DNA from: Anaeramoeba ignava BMAN
Taxonomy: Eukaryota; Protista; Anaeramoebae
DNA length: 64,000 nucleotides
Direction: 5' to 3'
Assembly (NCBI GenBank): GCA_028826165.1
Contig: JAPDFW010000114.1
Location: 372,001-436,000 of the forward strand
Of the stretch, positions 35,915 to 49,338 are shown piece by piece; within the stretch, counting starts at the first letter, position 1, and each line of letters starts with the position of its first letter. The notes under the pieces were generated by a model, which saw nothing but the letters and a program-made list of their open reading frames with translations, was not told the DNA's origin and did not search any database. Position numbers and translations under genes: made by a program.

Positions 35915-38900
35915 TTAATTTGTTAGATAAAGAAAGATTAAAAAAATTAAAACTGCAATCCATCCATATAAATCAAGTCTTGTTAAAATCAATGAACCAA
36001 AAAGTGTTGTAAAAATGGATCTATTTTAAATTTAATTTAAATTAAATCAAAATTAAATCAAATTTAAATCAAATTTAAATCAATTTTAAATCAAAATTAA
36101 ATCAAAATTAAATCAAATTTAAATCAAAATTAAATCAAATTTAAATCAAATTTAAATCAAATTTAAATCAAATTTAAATCAAAATTAAATCAAAATTAAA
36201 TCAAATTTAAATCAAATTTAAATCAAATTTAAATCAAATTTAAATCAAATTTAAATCAAAATTAAATCAAATTTAAATCAAATTTAAATCAAATTTAAAT
36301 CAAATTTAAATCAAATTTAAATCAAATTTAAATCAAATTTAAATCAAATTTAAATCAAATTAAATCAATTTTAAATCAATTTTAAATCAAATTTAAATCA
36401 AATTTAAATCAAATTTAAATCAAAATTAAATCAAATTTAAATCAATTTTAAATCAAATTTAAATCAAATTTATATCAATTTTAAATCAAATTTTAAATCA
36501 ATTTTAAATCAAATTTAAATCAAATTTTAAATCAAATTTAAATCAAATAATTTGAAATTTACTTCCAATTAATTTTATTTTCAGGTGTAACTACGATTGT
36601 TTTAAGATATCTTCCAATTTCTTTTGGCTTTTTAGGAAAAGAAGACTTTTTAATTGATTTATTTTGTTCATTCTTTTTTTTCAAAGAACTAGTTTTTTTA
36701 GAAACTGCTATAGTTTTAGATGAATTTTTATGAAAATCAATTTTAGGTAAAACTTGTGGTGAATTTTTGGTTGATTTTGTTGGATATCTAACAACTGTTC
36801 CTGAAAATTCTCCATCATCTTCATCATCTTCATCATCTTCTTGATTATTTTTTGTTGTTTGTTTAATCGATATTATTGTTTGTTGTGTTTTTTTATTCAG
36901 AAAAGTTTTTTTTTCTATTTTTTCGTTTTTCGATTTTTTTGGTTTCATTTTAAGTAGTTTAATTAATGGTGATTCTTTTGTTTGTTGAAAATATGGTTTG
37001 AAAAATGGATGTTGTAATAATTCTTCTGTTGTTGGTCTTTTTGATGGTTCTTTAACAAGACATTTTTGAATAAAATCACAAAATGGTTTTGAGAAATTTG
37101 ATGAATTTTTAAGATTTGGTGGTTCCATTTTTGGAATCATAAACATTGCCTAAAACATTTATAATTTTAATTTTGATTTTAATTTTAATTTTAATTTTGA
37201 TTTTGATTTTAATATTGATTTTGATATTGATTTTGATTTTGATTTTGATTTGATTTTAATTATAATTTTGATTTGGATATTGATTTTAATTTTAATTTTG
37301 ATTTTGATATTGATTTTGATATTGATTTTGATTTTAATTTTGATTTTGATTTTGATATTTGATTTTAATTTTGATTTTGATATTGATTTTGATTTTAATT
37401 TTAATTTTGATTTTGATATTGATATTGATATTGATTTTGATTTTAATTTAGATATTGATTTTAATTTTAATTTTCATTTTAATTTTGATTTTGATTTTAA
37501 TTTAGATTTTGATTTTAATTTTGATTTTGATATTGATATTGATTTTGATTTTAATTTAGATATTGATTTTAATTTTGATATTTGATTTTAATTTTGATAT
37601 TGATATTGATATTGATATTGATATTGATATTGATATTGATATTAATTTTGATTTTAATTTTAATTTTAATTTTAATTTTAATTTTAATTTTAATTTTAAT
37701 TTTAATATTGATATTGATTTTGATTTTGATTTTGATTTTGATTTTGATTTTGATATTGATTTTGATTTTGATTTTGATTTTGATTTTGATTTTGATTTTA
37801 ATTTTGATTTTGATTTTGATATTGATTTTAATTTTGATTTTAATTTTGATTTTGATATTGATTTTGATTTTGATTTTGATTTTGATTTTGATTTTGATAT
37901 TGATATTGATTTTGATTTTAATTTTAATTTTAATTTTAATTTTAATTTTAATTTTAATTTTAATTTTGATTTTGATTTTAATTTAGATTTTGATTTTAAT
38001 TTTAATTTTGATATTGATATTGATATTGATTTTGATTTTGATTTTGATATTGATTTTAATTTTGATTTTAATTTTGATATTGATATTGATATTGATATTG
38101 ATATTGATTTTAATTTAGATATTGATTTTAATTTTGATTTTAATTTTGATTTCATTTTAATTTTGATTTTGATTTTGATTTTGATTTTAATTTTGATATT
38201 GATTTTGATTTTGATTTTGATTTTAATTTTAATTTTGATTTTGATTTTGATATTGATATTGATTTTGATTTTAATTTAGATATTGATTTTAATTTTAATT
38301 TTGATTTTTATTTTAATTTTCATTTTAATTTTGATTTTTATTTTAATTTTGATTTTAATTTAGATTTTGATTTTAATTTAGATTTTGATTTTAATTTTGA
38401 TATTGATTTTAATTTTGATATTGATATTGATATTGATATTGATATTGATATTGATATTGATATTGATATTGATATTGATATTGATATTGATATTGATATT
38501 GATATTAATTTTGATTTTGATTTTGATTTTGATTTTGATTTTGATATTGATATTGATTTTGATTTTGATTTTAATTTTAATTTTAATTTTAATTTTGATT
38601 TTAATTTTGATTTTAATATTGATTTTGATTTTGATTTTGATTTTAATTTTGATTTTGATTTTTATTTTGATTTTAATTTCAAATTTCATTTTAATTTCAA
38701 ATTTCATATTGATTTTGATTTTAATTTAGATTTTCATTTTAATTTCAAATTTCATATTGATTTTGATTTTCATCTAAATAATACACGAAGAGGATGAATA
38801 TCTGTATTTGGTGGCTCCATTTCAACAAGTTCTATAGCAGTAATTCCAAGAGACCAAATATCAGCCTTAAAATCATATTTCTGACCCTTCATAACTTCAG

Positions 38901-39492
38901 GAGCCATCCAATAAGGAGTTCCAATAACAGATAAAGTTTGAGAAGAATGAGAATTCAATTTTTTAGAAACTCCAAAATCAGCAATTTTCACTTTTCCATT
39001 TTCAGTTAGTAAAATATTAGCAGCTTTTAAATCACGATGAATAATATCATTTTTATGAAGATAAACCAAGCCCTGAAGTGTTGAAAACAACACAAATCCC
39101 GCTTGTTCTTCTGAAAGCGGTTTCTCCAATTTTTCCATTAAATCAAGTATACTTTTTCCTGAACAATATTCCATTAATATCCATAAATTATTATCCTTAA
39201 ATAACGTCCCAAAATATGTCACAATTGATTGATTTTTAAATGATTTCAATAAATCAATTTCGTTTTTTGTTTCTGAATCTTCAAATGATTGAGTTGGAAT
39301 CACTTTAATTGCTAGTTCAAAATTTGATGCAATATGTTTCGCTTTATATACCTTTCCATAAGAACCTTCTCCAAGTACATCTTCAAGTGTAAATATTGAT
39401 TCAGGATCTTCTCCGCTCCATTTATAATCAAAATCAACATGCTGGACATGCTGGAAATTATACGGTTTCGAAATCAGATCTGATGATAACAT
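35915..39492 (-). CDS. STE20-family Ser/Thr kinase with N-terminal CRIB motif and hydrophobic C-terminal tail
   Basis: Exons 39492-38785, 37149-36563, 36020-35915. ISKPYNFQHVQHV (CRIB), GEGSYG, AIK, HRDLKAAN, DFG, GTPYWMAPE, HPLRAMFMIP. Ends ..YGWIAVLIFLIFLYLTN*. Confidence 0.9.
36040..36548. repeat. Intronic 11-nt satellite (TTAAATCAAAT)n
   Basis: Inside intron 36021-36562. Confidence 0.92.
37160..38770. repeat. Intronic mixed hexamer satellite (TTTTGA/TATTGA/TTTTAA)
   Basis: Inside intron 37150-38784. Confidence 0.92.
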
Positions 39493-39651
39493 TTTTGTTA
39501 CTTTCGTTTTCCCTTTTCCTTTTCCTTTTTCAAAAATTAGTTCATTTTTATTTTAGATTTTGTTTAGATTTTGTTTTATTTTATTTTTTTTACGATTTTT
39601 CATAATTCTAAATTGAAAAAAAAATGAAAAAAAAAATGAAAAAAATTTTTT

Positions 39652-41351
39652 TGATTTTTTTTGATTGATTTATTGATTTATTGATTAATTGATTAATTTA
39701 TTGATTGATTGATTAATTGATTGATTGATTGATTGATTAATTGATTGATTGATTAATTGATTAATTGATTAATTGATTAATTGATTAATTGATTAATTGA
39801 TTAATTGATTAATTGATTGATTAATTAATTGATTGATCAATTTAATTGATTGATTAATTGTAATTGATTGATTGATTACACAATTATTAATTATTAGTAT
39901 TATTAGTGATTGATTGATTGATTGACATTTATTATTGGTGATTTGGTAATTGATGGTAATTGACAATTGGTAATTATTAGTATTGGATTGGATTATTGAC
40001 AATTGATTGCCAATTGGTAATTTTGACAATTGACAATTATTGGTAATTGGTAATTGACAATTGGACAATTGGTATTGATTGATAATTACAATTGGTAATT
40101 GGTATTATTATTTGGTGACAAATTGGTAATTATTGGTAATACCAATTATTAATTGGTAATTAATTGGGATTAATTAATATTTGGTAATTTAATGAGTGGA
40201 CAATTGGTTGACAATTATTATTATTAGTAATTTACCAATTTATTGACAATTGGACAATTGGACAATTATTGATTGGTAATTGTAATTGATAATTATTTAC
40301 AAATTAGTAGTAATTATTGACAATTGGTAATTATAATTGGTAATTATTTATTTGGACAATTGACAATTGACAATTGGTAATTAGTAATTAATTGACAAAT
40401 TTTGGTAATTATTAATTAGTAATTAATTATTGGACAATTGGCCAATTTATTTGTAATTTATTTATGGTAATTGGTAATTATTGGTAATTTGGTAATTTTA
40501 TTTTGGTAATTTTTAATTGGTAATTATTGAATTGGTAATTTTTGGTAATTGGTGGTATTGGTATTGGTAATTAGTAATTGGTAATGGTAATTAAAATTTG
40601 GTGGACAATTGTATTTTGGTTATTGGTAATTGGTAATTGGACAATTGGTATTAATTATTGATTAATTGGTAATTATTGTGGTGTATTTATTAGTAATTAA
40701 TTATTATTGGTAATTATTGGTAATTATTTAGTATTTAGTATACCAAATTTAATTGGTACAATTGGATTGGTAATTGGTGGTAATTGGACAATTTTACCAA
40801 ATATGATTTATTGGTAATTGGTAATTGATTATTATTATTATTATTTGGTGGTAATTAATTAGTAACCGACAATTACCAAATTTATTGGTGGTAATTTGAC
40901 AATTAGTAGTATTATTAATTAGTAATTTATTAGTAATTATTGGTAATTATTAGTATTTGGTATTAGTAATTATTAATTATTAGACAAATTGGTAATGATT
41001 GGTGGTATTGGTAGTAGTGGTATTGTTAATTATTGGTAATTGGTGATTGTATTGGTAATGACAATTGTAATTGGTAATTGGTATTCAATTATTGGTAATT
41101 TAATGGTGGTAATTGACAATTGGTAATATTGGCCAATTATTTACAAATTGGTAATTTATGGTAATTGGTAATTATTAATATTTGTAATTTATTAGTAAAT
41201 TGATTAATTAGTAACAATTGGTTATTACAATTGATTAATTATTACATTGATTGATAATTTGATTTTATTGGATTGATTGATTATTGGTGATTGGTGGTGG
41301 TGGATTGGATTGGTGATTGATGGTGATTGATTGGGAATTGGTGATTGATTA

Positions 41352-41386
<35 letters not shown>

Positions 41387-41552
41387 ATTAGTAATAGTAA
41401 TTTATTAGTAATTGATTGATTAATTATTGATTACCAATTTAATTAATTAAATTGATTAGTGATTTATTAATTGATTAATTGATTGATTAATTAATTGATT
41501 GATTGATTGATTGATTGATTTATTGATTAATTGATTGATTGATTGATTAATT
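39652..41552. repeat. (GATT)n-bracketed aperiodic G-skewed mosaic array (GGTAATT, GACAATT, AGTAATT, GGTGGT words)
   Basis: GATT tracts at about 39652-39920 and 41230-41552 with a degenerate core between them. Intergenic, no credible ORF. Confidence 0.8.
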
Positions 41553-41654
41553 AATATTTAATAAAAAGAAAAATTAAAAAAAGATTTATTGTTATTATTA
41601 TTTTATTTGTTTATTTTTGAGAAAAAGAAAATAAATGAAGAAAAAAAAGAATAA

Positions 41655-44600
41655 TTATTTTTCAATTTTAACTGATTGAAGTGATATTTGTCGAATAACT
41701 TGATGTCTTGTTATTTTTTTCTTTTTATAACAACATTTTTTCATTTTTTTGAAATATTTACTTAAAATAAATTTTTCAAGAATATATTCTACCATAAAAT
41801 CCAATAAAATTAATAAAGAAAGAATTATTTTATATTTCCAACCTAATATATAAATTTCAAAAATCTTTCTCATAAGTGAATCTGGATAAATTAATAAATA
41901 AGCTGAAACAACAAAACAAATAATTATAACTACTGTGTAAAGTGGACTTTTCCAAACTAAATGTTTAAATGGTTTTGATCGATTAACAACAACAAGAATA
42001 ATTAATGTTTGGAAATTACAAATCAAAAATAACACAGTATCTTCATAACATTTATATTTTTCTTCATCAATATTTGTGAATATATATTCATAAAAAGATT
42101 GTTTTCGAACTATAAGAACTGCAATTATTTCAAAAAGAAGAATAAAAATTAAATGTCCTAATAAAGAAGTAACAACAGATAATGAAATTAAACTTGAAGC
42201 TGGTCTTTGTTGAACCAATTTTTTTGAAGCTGGTGTTCTTGTCATAATAACAGAAAGAGGAAGAACAAGAAAGAAGTCAACATATACAAATTGGTAATTT
42301 GTAAATCTTGTATCCAAAATATAAAGTTGAACAACTCCAAGAAATTGGATTAAAGCATAAAGTGAAATGAATTTAAATGATTGAAAAGAAGAAATAAGAG
42401 AGCATCTTCCTTCTCGAATAACATCAATTACTGATTGGATTGTTTGTTTTCTGCTTGTAAATGGTGCTGCAATGGATGCTTCAGTATTTGCAAGTGAAAT
42501 TCCAACATGTGCTGATTTTAATGCTTTTACATCATTTGCTCCATCTCCACACATTCCAACAACATATCCTAATTCTTGGAAATTTCCAATTAATTGTGAT
42601 TTTTGATCTGGTGACATTCTTGAGAAAATATGTGATTGAATTAACATTCTTTCAAATAATTCTGGATTTCTTTTTTTGATTGTTGAATAAACTTTTCCTG
42701 TTATAACAAGTTCAATATGTTTAATATTTTCATTTTTGATTTGAATTTCTTCTTCATTTTCTTTTTTTTTAAAAATTAAATTAAATTAAATCAAATTAAA
42801 TTAAATAAAATTTTATAAATAAATTTTTAAAAATTACCATCATTTGAATCTGAACTAAGTTGAATTTCAATTTCTTCATTTTTTTCATTTTTGGAATTTT
42901 TATAATACATTATATTTTTGGAAAGATCAAAAAATTCATTTGGATTATCAATATTTTCCCATTCAATTATTTTGGTTTGTCCTTTTTTCTTTTGATTTCC
43001 AAGAAAAATTGTTGAATTTGGTTCAATTATTTCACATTTTTTTCCAACACTTATTGCAGTTAATGGGTTATCTCCAGTTATCATTACATTATAAAATAAT
43101 GCTTTTTTTAATTCTTGAATAACTTGAATTGTATCATCTTTCAATTTATTTTCCATAATAAAAAATCCAAGAAAAATTAAATCTTTTTCAATAGAATCTC
43201 TTGGAATTGTTTTCATTTCAAAAATTTCAATATTTTCAATAAGTTTATATCCAAGTGCAATTACTCGAAATCCTTCTTTGGTATAAGAATGAAGAATTGT
43301 TTCATAATCTTTTGGAATTGATTCTTTGATACATAATTGTTTGATTTTTTCAGGTGAACCTTTGGCATACATTTCAAAATTTCCAGTTTTTTGATTACTA
43401 ACAATTACACTCATTCTTTGAAGTGTTGATGAAAAATCGAATGTATGAATTATTCCGATTGTATTTTGTTCAAATAAATTATCAATTTGACTATCTTTAG
43501 TTTTATCATCACTTTTTTCATTTTTATCGTTATTATGATTATTATGATTATTATGATTATTATTAAAATTAATATTAAAATTAATATTTATATTAATTGG
43601 ATCTGTTAAATTTTCTTCATTTTCATCATCATTTAATTTCATCTCATCTTCATAATCTTCACTTTCATCTTGTGAATTTTGAGTAACTAATTGGTTTTTT
43701 ATTGAAAATTTTGGTGATTTAACAAATGTTGAAATTGATGAATCAAACCCTATTTCTGTTTCGTTGTTTGTTTCTTGATCTTGATCTTGATCAAGTTCTT
43801 CTAATTCCCATTCAATCCATTCAAACATTTTGATTTCTAATGGATCTCCAATTAAATCTTTTTCAACTTTCGATAATGAATGGCAACATGAAAGACAATT
43901 CATTAATTTTTCTGGAATATTAATTTCTTTTTTAATAAATGTTTGTTCTAATTTATCAAATTCATTTCCTGAACAAGGATGAACACCTAAAACTTCAAGT
44001 TGATCTGTTGTTAATGTTCCTGTTTTATCAAAGCATAATAAATTTAGTTTTCCTGCTACATTAACTCTTGGTGGTGAAATACAATGAATACTATTTTTCT
44101 TTAATCTCTCAATTGCAAATCCTGTTCCTGTTGTTAATACAATAGGTAAACATGGTGGAACAACAATAGTAATCAATTCTAATGCTTGAATTATAATTTG
44201 ATAAACTGAATTTTTATGTTTCACAAAATAAACTGCTGATATTGCAAATCCAATAAATGAAATGAAAGTAAGAAAAAATAAATATTTAAAAGTATCACTA
44301 TAAAATTTGAAATTATGAGGTTTTGGGAAAAGAATGGAACGAACTAAAGATCCTTTCATTGTATCAAATCCACTTCTAACTAAAACTGCTAATACTCTAT
44401 TTCCTGAATAAAATTTTGATTCAATTACTTTAGTTCCTGAATATAATGTGTATTTTTTATGAGTAATTATATCATAAATTTGTTTTGTATCTGATGGAAG
44501 TGAAGTTTTAACAACAGGAACAGATTCACCAGTTAACATACTTTCATTTACAATACATTGACCATTTAATAAAATAAAATCACCAGGAAGTATAAAATTG

Positions 44601-45545
44601 TTTGGTATTGATACTAAATCACCAGGAACTAAAACTTTTGATGATATTGTTTTATCTAAATAATTTCCAAATTTAATTCAATCAATATTATGAATTAAAT
44701 TAAATGAATTGAATGAATTTTTTACATTCTCCAATTCTAAAAACTTCAACATCAATATCAAATTTAGCCATTTCACTTAATGTAACTAAATTTTTTTTGG
44801 TTTGACGAAGACTAAAAAATATTGTAACAAGTGACATAACCATAATTGTTATTCCATAAGCAGCATAATGATCAACAGACCAAACAATAACAGCAAATAA
44901 TTGGAAAACAAATAAAGGATGTAAAACTTCACTTAAAAGCAAAGCTGGATAAGATTTAACAGGAATATTAAGATAATTTTGACCAAATAAAGCTTGTCTT
45001 TTCTTAATAATTTCTTTATTATTTAATCCATCAGAAAATTTATTTCTAATCTTTGAGAAATCTTTTGAAGAATTTAATCTATTTTATTTAAATTTTAATT
45101 TTAATTTTAATTCAAAATAATAAGAAAGAAAATACCCAACTCGAATAAATTGATTATGTTCTTCATTAAAAATATAATGTATATAACGATATTTTATCAT
45201 TGATTTTTCTTGTTCTAATCCATTCTCTTTATAAATTAATGTTTCTTGATTTACAATATCATAAGTTTTATCTGGTCTTGATATAAGAAATTTATGAGCA
45301 TCTTGATAAGAATCAACTTTTTTATGAGTACCTTTCAATTTTAATTTCCTAAACCAATGACATAATAATAAAGAAAAACCAACTGTCAAAATAGCAATAA
45401 TAACAAAAAATGTTGTTCTTTTTTTGCTTTTTCGATAAAATCTTAATTCACATTCAACTATTGTTCCATCTTCTTCAATATCTGTAATTTTTGCTTGAAA
45501 TTGTTTCTCTTCATTAAGTAAACAAAGTTTTTCGTTTTGAGACAT
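41655..45545 (-). CDS. P5B-type ATPase (ATP13A2-5/Ypk9-like)
   Basis: Exons 45545-45136, 45078-44726, 44655-42838, 42760-41655. LTGES, PPCLP, CFDKTGTLT, GDPLE, KGSPE, MITGDN, RMSPDQK and MCGDGAND motifs. Confidence 0.95.
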
Positions 45546-45873
45546 TTTCTTTTGTTTTTTGTTTTTTGTTTTAAATTTAATTTAGGAAGAAAAAAAAAAA
45601 TGAATTTATAAAAAAAAAAACTTTCAAAATATTCCTTTTTTTGCCGGTTGATTGAATCAATTTTTTTTAAACAAAATCTACTTTCATTCTCTTTTTTTTC
45701 TAAAAGGTTTTGAACAAACAATTTTCCTTTTTCTTCTTTTTATTGTAAAAAGGGGAGTTTGGATTTTGTTAATCAATTTCTTGTTTTTTTTTTTTGGATT
45801 TTAATGAATTGATTAATTGATTGATTTTAAGATTGATGGATTTTTGGAAATATTTAAAAAGAAAAAAATGAAT

Positions 45874-48248
45874 TCAATTTGTTTTATCTTTCTCTTTGTT
45901 TTTGATGAAGAGTTTCTGACGCATTTTCCAATCAAAGGGATTTATTTGTTGTAAATTTGTATCATTTACCAAAATAACTGGATCTTGGATATATTGAGAA
46001 GATTTAAGAAAATGTGAATTGGAAGTAATATAAACATAATATTGATTTGATGGAAGAATATATGTTTGCTTGCGGATTTCTTGCTTTTCTTTACTCTTAA
46101 GTTCTTTGCTTTCTTTGTTTTCTTTGTTTTCTTTGTTTTCTTTGTTTTCTTTGTTTTCTTTGTTTTCTTTGTTTTCTTTGTTTTCTTTGTTTTCTTTGTT
46201 TTCTTTGTTTTCTTTATTTTTTTGTTCAGATATCTTTTGTATCAATTGTAAAGTCTTTTCATCTAAAGTTATCCCTGCTAATTTTGAATAGTATTCTAAA
46301 ACAGAAGTTGTTTCTTCTTTGGGTGGCTTAAAATTTCTTTTGAATAAGTCATCAACTCTTGCTTTATTATGAGAATAATCTAATATTGAAAATTGAAAAT
46401 AAAAGAGTTGTTTTTGTTTCTTCTTATTTTCAGATAAACAAACGAAATTAACAACAGGATGACCTGAGTAGCACATAATCAAATCTCCTGTTGAAATCTT
46501 TTGGAATGGAGTTTCTCTATCTTGGCGAAGAATGTTTTTTATCAGAATTTGATATGATTTTGGATGTCGTTTCTCTTTTCCTTTCAAATTGATATTAGAT
46601 AATGATAATGAATTTGGTGAATTAGAAAATTTTTTGAATCCACTCAAAACAAACAATTCTAATTCTTCCCATTTTTCATTGAATTGATATAATGGATTGA
46701 TATAAATGAATTCTTTATCATCGAAAATTTGGATAATTGCTTCTTTTACCCAACGACAAATTGGAACAACTTCCGTTTGGAAGTATTTGAAATCTTCATC
46801 TTCATTTTCTTGATCATTGAAATGACTTGCTTTAACAATTTCAAATAAACCTGATAATTCCCAAAATTCAGGTAAAGAATTAATATTTCGATTTAGCCAA
46901 ATAAGAGTTGGAAGCTCAATCTCTGATTTAATCTGCTCAAGACTCTTGATTTTTTGGATTTTATCCAAAATATAATTAACTCTGTTTTTATAATACTTAA
47001 TGCAATCAAATATACATTGATCAATCAATTTGAATTTATGAGAAGATTGCTTGTTCCAATTTTTATTAGTTCTTGATACAATATACAACATTCTTGGAAC
47101 TTTGTTTGTAAACTTTTCCCAATAATTCCTTGCCTTCTTTTTTGGAATTGTTCTTTCTTTTCTTTTCCATTCGAAAATCGATTTAAATTCTACTCCACTA
47201 AAAACTGTTGTTTCCACTCCAAATTCTTGAAAATCAATATCCGTAAGCTTTTTCTGATGAAAACTTGAACTCACAGCTGTTATCATCAATCCACTTTTAA
47301 TTTTGGGTAATCTATTGAAAATATTTAAAATATGTTTTCTATCATTAAATTTTTCTCTATAAAGAATATTGTATTCATCAATTGCAATCAGAAATTTAAA
47401 TTCTTGAATATCTAATTCAAATAGATTCTCAAAAAAATTTTTGCAATCCTCAACAATTTGTTCTTTATCCTTTTGTGTAGGTTTTTTGTTATTCCATAAT
47501 TTTTCATTATAATCAAATTCACATTTTTGAAATAATTTGTTTCCATATCTTGCAAAAAGATCTTTCATTATCTTTCTGGCAACAGGATAACTTGCATCAT
47601 CTCTTAAACTCAATAAATCAGTCAAATAAAGAACAACCCATTTTTGATTTTCATTATCTTGAATTTTCATTTCAGAAAAAGCTTGAATTTCTTTTTCAAG
47701 ACCAGAATCATTTTCAGACAGTTGTTCAACATTTTCATTTTCATTTGAATTTAAATTTGAATTTTGTTGATTGGATTCTTGCTTTTGTTGAACTTTCCAT
47801 GGCTTTAAATTTGGTTTTAAATTGTTTTTCAATATTGAATCATTGGATATTAATATAAATATATAAATATCAATATTTATTTTTGTGATTGAAAAATTTA
47901 TACATGAAAATAAGAGAAATAAGAAGCAAGATGAAAAAGGGTGTAAGATTTTCCTGTTCCATTTCCTCCATATAAAACAATATTTTTTGTTGATCCTTCT
48001 TCGATTTGTTTCATCAAAGATTGTGTCTGTTCTCGTATCAAAATTGGTGATAAATTTCCAAGTTTTTGTTCTTCAATTTCCACTGGAGAAAAAGGAAAAA
48101 TATTGCAAGGTATTCCTCCAATTTTATTACAATTTTCTGGTTTTGAATGTTCTTGAATTGGAATTGTTGAAAGTTCTTTTTCAAGTTCTTTTTTGAGTTG
48201 TTGTTGAATAAAAAAATTTTTTTTTTGTTGAAAAGTTTTTTTTGACAT
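45874..48248 (-). CDS. Crinkler (CR)-type P-loop NTPase + restriction-endonuclease-fold protein
   Basis: Exons 48248-47904 and 47802-45874 (phase 0, FH|PWK). Walker A GGNGTGKS, Walker B LIAIDEYN, sensor AVSSS, arginine-finger-like TNKVPR, and a C-terminal E..HPVVNFV..LFYFQFS REase-like motif. Carries a KEN repeat tract. Confidence 0.7.
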
Positions 48249-48250
48249 TT

Positions 48251-48320
48251 AAAAAATGAAAAAAAAATGAAAAAAAAAATGAAAAAAAAATGAAAAAAAA
48301 ATGAAAAAAAAATGAAAAAA
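48251..48320 (-). promoter_or_regulatory. Tandem TTTTCATTT Inr-like motifs upstream of the CR-type gene
   Basis: Six AAAATGAAAA copies on the + strand directly upstream of the minus-strand ATG at 48248. Confidence 0.5.
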
Positions 48321-48357
48321 CATCTTTTTAAATTGATTTTCATCAACGGTTAGTTTC

Positions 48358-49200
<843 letters not shown>

Positions 49201-49338
49201 TCAATTATTAATTTCCAATTTAATTTTAATGTTAGAAACCAAAGGTGAATAAAATTTTTTGGTTTTTTTATTTTATTTTTTTTTTTCATTTTTTTATTTT
49301 TAATTTTAATTTTATTTTTATTTATTTGGTTTTTGAGA

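Noticed and set aside
39793-40068. 91-aa ORF in the GATT mosaic
   Set aside because: Translation of low-complexity repeat words, with a non-ATG start and no domain signal.
43440-43830. Insertions in the P5 ATPase (also RRN3 and PIMT domain 1) as possible inteins
   Set aside because: They are low-complexity N/D/E-rich loops without intein splice-junction motifs or homing endonuclease signatures.
47803-47903. Apparent break or frameshift between the Walker A ORF and the rest of the CR-type gene (pseudogene?)
   Set aside because: A 101-nt GT-AG intron joins them in phase 0.
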